64,000 nt of DNA from Setoptus koraiensis. Taxonomy: Eukaryota; Animalia; Arthropoda. The stretch spans positions 12,090,001 to 12,154,000 of the forward strand of contig CM106585.1 of NCBI GenBank assembly GCA_048013815.1, written 5' to 3'. Both the position numbers and the translations under genes were made by a program. Shown piece after piece: positions 25,564 through 35,500 of the stretch; position 1 is the first letter of the stretch, and each line of letters starts with the position of its first letter. Under the pieces are notes generated by a model that saw nothing but the letters and a program-made list of their open reading frames with translations, searched no databases and was not told the origin of the DNA.

Positions 25564-28500
25564 GAGGCAACACTTCAGAGCTCGCAACCAGCCTAATACC
25601 ATTAAGTTAATAGGCAGCGCGTGACACGCTGGCCAGTGTCATGCCAGCGACGGCCCCGATGCGATAAGACAAAATAAATAAAAATAAATAAAATAAAGCA
25701 ATATAATATACGCAATATAATGATGCCAACAAGCGGGCGCTGTCGTTGCAGCGAGTCGCCCACGCCGCCTCGGCCTATCGTTGCCGGGCATCGCGACACA
25801 CAAACACGAAGCGAGCAAACTGATAATTGGCGACTCACCTGAGCGACTCGATTTGCTGAGTGCTCGCGTGATTGTGACAGTTGCGATCGTCGATTTTCCT
25901 TTCTTTTCTGGCCGCGTTCGCCCCTCACGACGGCAGAATGGGCAAAACTCAGCAAAACGGGATCGCCTCGCGACGCGAAACGAGATCGCTCCGAGATGCC
26001 CGGCACAATGCCCCGGAAGCCCGACTGGCGGCCAAAGAGCGGCCCGCCGAGGCCGGCCCGATCTTCTTTCGGTCGCCTGGCGCGAGTGAGCGTTGGGGCG
26101 GGATTAGGGCCGAGTCGATTGTGCGGTCGGGCGACTTCCTACGCCAGCGCCCGCTGCGCAACCACGGGAGCGGGCGCGCGGTCGGCGGGGCCCCAGGTTA
26201 TCGCAATACTTATCAATCATGGGCCCCGAAAGAAAAGGGAGAAAGGAGGCGAAGAGAAAAAACTATTAACGGCTGTTTCAGAATGCCATCGCACACAAAC
26301 AGTAAAAGGGGGAATTATTCTATTAAAAGTCACACACACACACACAATAGAGAATGGGAATTCTCGGAATTGACAAATACCGAGCCAGCCGAAATCCAAC
26401 GGTCGCGCGCACACAACCATCATCGTGTGCACTGGCCCCACAATCGCCACGAGCTCGTGGCGAGCTCGTGGCAAGCTCGTGGCAACGCATTGTCGTGTGG
26501 CGTATAGCGGGCGCCGCGTCAGTCGCGGCGTGTTATTGTTGCGCCCCCGTTTAGCCGATGATATTGCTACCTGGGCGAGAGTTGCCCATGAATATATATG
26601 AGTTGGCCGACGAGCCAAGGCAACAACGACACAATCTTATGCATAACATATGATATATCCGTACCACATGCTGCGAAAAATACCCAGATCGCATGCCGCT
26701 GCCAGTGCCGTCGACTATTAACTGGCTCGATGGGCTTCATTGGCGAGCTTGCATCATTTTTCACCATTCGCCATTCGCAGCAGCAGCGGCAGCCAATGGA
26801 CGGGCCCCAGTTGCATATAAAATTAATATTAAAATTGGTGAAATGTCAGGCTGTATCCAGTTGAAAACAAAGCGCACGAAGGTAACGCGGCCCCTGGCGC
26901 CGTATTGCGTTCTTAGCAACGCGACAGGGGCGCCATCGAATGCGCAGTTTCGGCTCACCAGAGGCCGAGCTGCCAGAGATTGCCGGTCCGGCCGACGCTC
27001 ATAATTTTCGCCGCCAGATTGTAATTGATTTCGTTGCCACTGGCACGCGTTGGCGCGTCCGCGGATCGCGTCGCCGGGCACGTGCATACGGCAACACAGC
27101 GGCCAGAGGGGCAATTATGTTATTATGTCGATCAATAGCGCCGCTGCGGGCCGGCGGGCCGGCCGGCCGGTCATCTGTCACTCGACTCGAGTGACTCGAC
27201 GCACCGCCGGCGATGCTCGCCGAGCCAAATATCACTCGAGCTAATGTGTCGCCAGAAATTTGTCGTCGCAAATTGCTACTCGCAATACCGGCGACAGACG
27301 GGCCGCCAGCGATTGGCGAGACACGGGCGAGACATCGGCCAGGCGTTGGCTAGACACGGGCGAGACAAGGCGACATCCGGGCCCCATGAGGGCCAAATGG
27401 GGGCCGAATGGGGGCCGACTGGGGGCCGAGTGTCGGCGAAAATGCGCAATGTGACGCTTATTTATTTGCGCGTTTGCGATGGCCGCGGTGTTTGTTTGTC
27501 GCCGGCCCATCGATTACGATTGCACTTGGGCCTGTCAAACGATCGTCGCCAATCGCCGGGCCGCCAATCAAATCGCGCCCGCCGAGAGCGGCCCGAATGA
27601 AGTGCGCGACGGAGCGGCAATTATCGCGCACATCGGGCGACACCGTGATATATAATGTCGGCCATATTTATGTATCGGCTGTCACTTGTCGGATGACGCA
27701 CGGGCCCAATTAGCCCGGCGCGATGCCGCACCGAGTGCCCGCGCGGCCGATCGACCGATTGACGTTGAGCCCGCCCATACATAATAATATAATATAATTT
27801 GGGCGGCCAATTATCGCACGCGGGCCCCCATTGTTTGGCAGTGCAATTTTTATTTCACCTAGCCACTGGCCACTGGCCAAATAGTCGCCGGCCAGTTAAT
27901 ATTTGCCCGGCCAGCTCGGACAATAATAACAGTAATAACAGTAATGATAATAATAATAATGGGCGGTCAATTGATTGAGCAACGGGCCGGCGCCGGCTGA
28001 CTCACTTGTCGGACGGCGAGCGGTTATTGCGTCATCTGCGGGCCACTTGCCATTAGCGCAATCATTCGGCCCACTATAACTTATACAACTCGGCAACTCG
28101 GCAACTCGCACTAGCCCGAGCCTATTTTGGCGACACGGGCCGGACCGGCTCGCCGAGTGGCCAAAGTGGCCCGACGCAAGTGCGGAAATATTGCCAGACA
28201 AGTGGGCACGGGCATAACGCGCAAACAAGTGGCGCCCACTATTCCGTCGCGCCATAATGTAATTCTAACTGTCTTGGCGCTGCCAGCGGCTGCGTGTGTC
28301 TAGCCGAAATCCATTAGCAATTAAGTGGAGTTTGTATGCCAGTGGCGGATCGGTTGTTGCCGCCGTTGTCGTTGTCGCCGTTGTCGTTGCTGTCGCCGTT
28401 GTCGTTGTTGTTGTTGTTGTTGTTGTTGTTGTCGGCGTTGTGTCACGATGACATAAGCATGAGCGTTTCGCAATTGCCTGCATTGTGACCGTGCGGCGGT

Positions 28501-28756
28501 CGTTAGCGGCCGCCAGTCACTTAGTCGCCACTACCGGTCAACCGAGGCCCAGTTTGTATTGTCGGCGCTACGTGCGCGTTGCGTAATACGCGCTACGTAA
28601 GCAGCGCGCGGCGTGTGGCGACAAAACAGACGGACAGACAGCGGCAATCTGTCATTCAATGTTGTGTTGTGGCGTCTCGATATTGGGCCCGACACTGGGC
28701 GCTCCCAGTCGCTGTTCGGGCCGGCAGTCGAGCGGCTCGGACAGGCCGCACGGGCC

Positions 28757-28963
28757 GCACAACTCGCACAACTCGCACAACTCGCACAACTCGCACAACT
28801 CGCACAACTCGCACAACTCGCACAACTCGCACAACTCGCACAACTCGCACAACTCGCACAACTCGCACAACTCGCACAACTCGCACAACTCGCACAACTC
28901 GCACAACTCGCACAACTCGCACAACTCGCACAACTCGCACAACTCGCACAACTCGCACAACTC
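28757..28963. repeat. Perfect 9-bp tandem array (GCACAACTC)x23
   Basis: 207 nt equals 23 identical units; produces the TTR/QLA/HNS/ELC/VVR spurious ORFs. Confidence 0.95.
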
Positions 28964-30632
28964 CGTCACTCCCTTGCCCCCTCGGTCCGTTGGTCGCCAG
29001 GGTTGGCGTGCGGCCCGCATGGTGCGCGCCCGACCTTGCCCGGCGACTTTCGTCGGCGTGGCCAGTGCGCCGATTTCGTCGCACCGCCTTGTGGCGCAAT
29101 CGGCAAAGTGAGGGCTCGCGGGCGCCCGAGAAGGAGGCCCGAGAAAGACTCGCCGGCGCTCGCACGGCTCGCACGCCTCGCAACAGAACAGACGCCAGAA
29201 CAACAATTCGTCGTCGGATACGTTTGCAGTCGTAATGAAAATTCAGTTGGAAAATTGATAGCCCGACGCGGGCTCGCATGGCCACACGACATGGCTGGCT
29301 GGCCGGCCGGCCGTAATAATGGGCCCGTCGTCGGACAATTGGCGGATTGTGTGGTGCGCAGATTGTGCTATATATAGCCGGCTGTCCGGCGACCGGGCGC
29401 CCTCTGATGCGGCCTGTCTCGCCGGACGCCAGCCCGCGAGCCCGTTTCAAAAAGTAATGGGCCGCTGCAGCTCCACGAGCGCCATAAAATAGCGGCCAAA
29501 ATGGAGCCTCGCTAACGAAGCGGGCGCAGCCAGCCGCCATCTGGCCGGCCAAGTTGCGGGCCGGCCAGATAGCGGCAGGATGTGGCTGGCGAGCTCGCGA
29601 TCCGGACACGATGCGGCGCGAGCGCGCGATCCGGCGACGATGCGGCGCGAGCGCGCGATTGATGGCGCGCCGTCCGGCCGGCCCGACAACAAGACGAACG
29701 AGGCCAGCCGAGATGAAATATCTCAGATAACAGCAACAACAATGGGCCAACCACAAAATTGCTTCTGGGCTGCCGAGGGGGGATGGGGGCGCAACGCGAA
29801 AGCGTGACCAGAGGATAATCGATGGCCCGCTGTTTGGGTGTGCGAGCTGGCGGGTTTGTGCCAGCGCCGGATCATCTCGCCCGTGTGGCCCCATTGTCAT
29901 TGTTGTCGTGACTCGCGACTCGTGACGCTGCCCGCCCTTCGGGCGCCGCTGTCCGTGGAGCGCTGTCCGTGGAGCGCTGCCCGGTGCTTTTGTTGTGCGC
30001 CCGAGACCCGCTGGCCGGATCTCGCGAGTCGCGCCGACGGCACGCACAAGCCGAAAGGAAGTTGGCGACTCACCGGCCGACAATTGGGCCAAAGTAACGG
30101 TTTTGTTGGCGCGACCAGCTCGCCAGATCACGGTAATCTGGCCATATCACGCTCGCAGCGAGCTCGCTGCGGCTGAGCGTCGGCGGGCGGGCGAGCGCGC
30201 CGGCCCGGCTAGGCGGTGCCCGTGGGCCGGCTCTCGTGTTATAGATATTGAGTGCACAAAATATAAGGTGCACCGACTCGGTATTGCCGAGTGCAAGGTG
30301 TACCGAGTGCAAGGTATAATAAAGGCATATAAATAATAAATAAGTAAATAGTGGACGCTCTGGTCATTGTCGCCGAACGAGCGGCTTTGTTGGCCGCTTC
30401 GGGTCTCTTTTTGTCCCAATACCGATCACAATCGTAGTAGCAATTTTATTGGTGCCGTTGCTAGCGTTGCGCTGTCAGGGCGCCGCGAATCACCACGACA
30501 ACGACGTCGGATAATCAACTCTGGCCCCCATCTAACTCTATTACTAACTCATCTGTCTGATTTACTCGCCCCCATTCATCTCCCATCGATGTCTTTGTGC
30601 GCTATCTGTGAAATTGTCGCAACCACTCGCAG

Positions 30633-31374
30633 CCACTCAAGCCGAGCGAGCCAACAGCAGCAACAACAGCAGCAACAACAAGCAACAACGACCACTGCGA
30701 ACGCCGAAGCAGCCACAACAAACGCCGAGGCGGCACCAAGCAGCGGGCCGGAATCCGCGCTGTCCTCGTATGAGCAGCCAACGGTGAACTCTTTTACAAT
30801 TGGCACATTAAATGATGCCAGCGGCCAGCAGCGACGCAATAAACAAGAGCAACAGCAAAACAGCAACAACAGCAGCAACAGCAGCAACAGCGACAACAAC
30901 AACAACGACAACAACGACAACAACAACAGCAGCAACGGCAACGATTCGCATGCGGACTCGCGCAATTGGGGCGACGCCAATCAATCGGTCGCGCTGTCGG
31001 AAGCGCATCTAATGTCGGGCCGGCCCGCCACCGATCTGGCGCAGTGGGCCGACCTGACGGGCGACGCCGACCAACAGGGCGCCAACACGGACGATCTAAT
31101 GGGCGCAGAGGCCAGCATTGAGTTCATTGGCGCAGGCGAGGGCACGTCGGGCTCGCTCGAGCCGACAGACTCGCCGGACTCGATGCACGCGCTAGATTCA
31201 AATGCAAATGAACAACAGCATCATCTATTCATGGACATGGGGGGCCCCAGTCTATCAATAACGGGCTTGCAATATCAGCCCTCGTGTCAAGTGTATGTCG
31301 GTCAGGCGTGTCGCCAGCATCTCGCCAACAAGACCATCTATTCGCCTGACAGTTATTACGTGGCCCAAATGGAG
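30633..31374 (+). CDS. Ror: Ror coding exon 4 (Q/N/T-rich linker plus start of the Frizzled-type CRD)
   Basis: TACTAAC at 30542-48 and first downstream AG at 30631-32. Ends SCQVYVGQACRQHLANKTIYSPDSYYVAQME (cf. ROR CQPYRGIACARFIGNRTVY). Donor GAG|GTAAGT at 31375. An alternative in-frame acceptor exists at 30478. Confidence 0.75.
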
Positions 31375-31734
31375 GTAAGTTGAGCTGCTGCTCGTGCATT
31401 GGTTACGTAATACATACATATGATTATTATTATATTTTGCTAGTGATATCGTGCTCGAGCTAACACTCGTAACATCATACATATATGTATTATGTAACCA
31501 ATTGTCGGCATTGTAGCGCGTCTCTAGATTAGAACCAATGATGCCACGTATTGCGTCCGATGTCTCAACTCTGTTCTCTGTTTGTCGCCCCAATTTGCCC
31601 AACTCTTGCGTCGCCGCGCGCCCTTGCCCGTCACAATGTCACACAATGCGCCGCACACACACACACAATCCGGCCCGTTGGTTGACGCGCGATGGCGCAC
31701 ACCCACGGCCACCGCCACGCCTGGAATCAATCAG

Positions 31735-31875
31735 GAGAAAATGTCACTCATGCTGCAAGCGATCGCCGGCAGCCAACGGATATCGGTTCATTGTCACAAG
31801 TACGCCGTGCCAATGCTCTGCTACAACGTCTTTCAGCCGTGCGATATTAAAAACGGCCAAATAACAAGCCGACAG
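31735..31875 (+). CDS. Ror: Ror coding exon 5 (CRD middle)
   Basis: EKMSLMLQAIAGSQRISVHCHKYAVPMLCYNVFQPCDIKNGQITSRQ fits the CRD C-x8-C-x6-C spacing. CAG acceptor, CAG|GTGAGT donor, phase 0/0. Confidence 0.85.
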
Positions 31876-31938
31876 GTGAGTCGCTAGCGGCACTTGTGTC
31901 TCTGCAAACACTTGCCACTTGGCCCCCGACGCGACCCG

Positions 31939-32050
31939 TTGCGAGGCGACCCATTGCGACGCGATCCATTGCGACGCGATCCATTGCGACGCGATCCATT
32001 GCGACGCGATCCATTGCGACGCGATCCAGCGCGATACGATCCAGCGCGAT
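31939..32050. repeat. 15-bp GCGACGCGATCCATT array
   Basis: About seven copies visible. Confidence 0.85.
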
Positions 32051-32599
32051 ATGATGCAGCGGGCGTCCAGTGAGGCCCCGATATGATCCGGCAAGATCGA
32101 GCCGATCGGCGACAGCCAAGACAGTGCGCGAGCTTGGCCTCGTTGGCCCGACGTTGCGTCATTTCGTTGCAGCGGCAGCGGCAGCAGCAGCAGCAGCATC
32201 ATTTAGAGTGCTGATAGGCAAGTGTCGATAGATTAATATAACTGCCAGCGAGTGTCACTCAAGTGGCCAGTGGCACGTAGCACGCGCCCAGTCGAGCGCC
32301 AGATTATATCAGATCAGATGCGAACTGATCAAATCTAATCTAATCTATCGGGGGGTTCCAAGTCAGCGCGCCAGTGTCGCACCAGTGCGACTTGGCCGAA
32401 CAGGCCAAGTCCGACAGGGGGCCAGCTTACCTGTAATCACAGTGTGTGCGCCACTCAATTACTTTATTATAACTAACTAACGGCCATACTTACCATTGCC
32501 GGCAAGCACACACACACTGACACTCGAAATCACTTATCTTATCCCACTCATTTCAATTCTCGTTGGCCCCCATTCCCGTTCCATTGATATGACCGATAG

Positions 32600-35500
32600 A
32601 TTTGCCGAGACGAGTGCGAAATACTCGAATGGATCATGTGCAAGAGCGAGTTCGAGCTGGCAAGACAGCACCACAGCAACACGATATCGGTGTCGGTGTC
32701 GGAAGGCAACTTGGCGCCCATGTCTAGCGACTCAGATTCTTATCCGGGCGGCGCGCAAACAACTCCGACGACGCTCGTGCCCAAGTGCTCGACGCTGCCC
32801 AAAGTGGGCACCCCTCAAGCGGACACTTGCAATAGATTGGGCCTGTATCAGCGAGTGGCGCACGGCCAGCCGCCCGACATGCCGTCAGCTGTCCAATTTG
32901 ACAGCGGCGGCAAGCGATTGAGCGGCATCAACAACAACAACTACCACGGCAACAACAACAACAACAACTATGGCAGCAGCAACAACAATAGCAACAGCAA
33001 CAACTATGCCAGCAGCAGCAACAACAACAACAAGACCGAGAGGCCCGGCAGGCGCTTCAGCAGCGAGCGCTTCTGGAGGGCCCTCCTAGATGGCAGCGCC
33101 TCCATTCCGGCCAGCTGGGGCATGGTGCCCACCGTCGCGGACAGGCTAGAGCTGCACGAGTCGCACGGGCCGCTCGTGCAGGGCCACACTTGCTTCAACG
33201 GGCTGGGCGTGTCGTACCGGGGCGAGGCGAGCGTCACCCAGGACAGGCAAGTGTGTGCCCATTGGCACGAAATTCTTCACTTTTGGCGCCAGCAGTCAGC
33301 GTCAATTGGCGCCCAGGTCGCGGCAGCGGATCAGCGGCAAATGGCCAACGTAACCATGGAAACGAAAGCCGCACAACAATCCGTCGCCAATCGAAACGAA
33401 TTGCAGCCCGAATTCGAGTTCGAGCGACACCCCGAACTCTTCGGGGGCCACAACTACTGCCGAAATCCCGGCCACCTAGAGCGCCAACCCTGGTGCTACG
33501 TGCTGCTGCCAGCGCAACCAATTGTGCTGACCGGAAGTGCCAACGAACAGTCAGCACAGCAATTTAATGGTGGCCTGGTGTATGTGAGAAAATTGTGCCA
33601 ATTGCAGCGATGCTATCACTATTTCTGGCTGTATCTGTTGGCGCCTAGCGTGGGCGCAATTTTCTTTCTTGTAGCAATACTTTTATTGATAGTGAGATTA
33701 GTTAGACAGAAACAATTGAAAAAGGTTACCGGTCGCCATCATCATCTGACCAGCAGCAACAAGACGGGCGACATGAACAAATCAACGTACAAATTGATCG
33801 ACATTAGCCAAGAGAAGAGTTTTCTCATGAATTACAACGGCAGCAGTGGCACGCTGAAACAACAACACAGCGGCGAGGCCAACAGGCCGTCGCCGTTACC
33901 TGTTCAGACGCCCGCAAATGAGTCGCCCGCCAAGCAGCAGCAACCTACGACAACAACAACAGCGGAACGTCAGTCGACGAGCTCCGGCCCGAGATTTGCC
34001 TCTATAAAGCAAATTTACACTCACGATTACAATCGCAACGATCACGACAACGCCCTCATGCGATTCAATACGAAAAGTAGCACCGGAAGTGGCGCAACCG
34101 CCGCCAAAAACAATGCACCGCTCAACGAAGATCTGCACCACAGTGATCAGCACAACAGTGTACAGCAGAGAAAATCTGGCGGCCCCAAACCGAACACACC
34201 CACGCAGGTCACCACCATACAATACAACCTGAGGAGTCTAGACGGACAGGTGCGCTGCATGAAAATGACCTGTCCCTCGATAGAGCCGATAGAGCCGCAA
34301 CAGCCGCCCGTCGACAGTTCACCTGTTGTTGCGGGGGCCAGCGACGGCGACAATAGTGGCGCTCGTAACATGACCGCCGTTATGTCGCCAACAAAACACA
34401 CGCCGACAAACTGTTCGTCGTCGCTTATTTCGTCCTCAAATAATTCGTCGCTGGTTTGTTTGTCGCCCACGCAACGCTCCAACAACAACAACAACAACAA
34501 CAACAAACAGAGCCTACAACCGTCGAGCCTTTGTCACACGACGCCAACAAGCACCGCGGCCATGGTGTCGGAATCGGCTACCATGAATGGCCTGTTTGAG
34601 CTTGAGTCAGCCGCCACACCGACCCCAACAACGCCAATACCGGCATCGCTGGACGATATTCACCTGTTGGAATTGCTGTACGACGGTCAGCACAGTTCGG
34701 TGTATTTGGCCGCCGTGAGCGCGTCGCCAGTCGACACACAACATCATTCAACAACAACTGGCCAGAATAATAATAATAAATATCTGGCTGTCAGAATGCT
34801 GAAATTTGCGGAGACGCCGCCGGCAGACGGTGCAGCCGAATTGTCGACAGGAAATTTTGGTGGTGGTGCGATGAAAACATCAAAGTCTATATTCAATCAG
34901 CACACCAAACAGCTTTTAGACACCAATGACACCGATGACGCCCTCATGAGCATGAGCTGGGCACCTAGCGATCAAACAAACAAACAACAGGATGACCAAT
35001 TGACACAATCGATTGTTAGCAACTTCCACAGGGAGGCCCAGCTGCTGAACAGTGGATTGAATCACGACAATCTCATAAATTTCATTGGTATGCTGTACGG
35101 GGATCAGGCCGACGACACACAGACAGGCGTAATTGATCAACAATCGGACAGGCCATGCCCAATTCTGTTGTACGACATGTCCAATCACACACTTGACCTC
35201 ACCCAATGGCTGATGGCGCGACGCGCCCGACTAATCAATCATTACGATGAGCCAAAAATCAATCAACAGCACCACGCCAGGTCGGCCAACAACGGCGAGT
35301 TTGAGGCCACAATCAATGGCGAATTGCTGATGATAGCCAAACAAATAGCGGCCGGAATGCAATATTTGCATGACAACAATTATATTCATCGCGATCTGGC
35401 AACCAGAAATTGTTTCTTGGACAATTCAGACAGTTTGCACGTAAAATTGGCCGTGTTCAACATGGCCAGCGAACAATTGCGCAACAACAACAACAACACT

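Noticed and set aside
28579-30131. Large ORFs (up to 491 aa) across the 9-bp array
   Set aside because: They are open only because the repeat and GC-rich flanks lack stops; no domain content.
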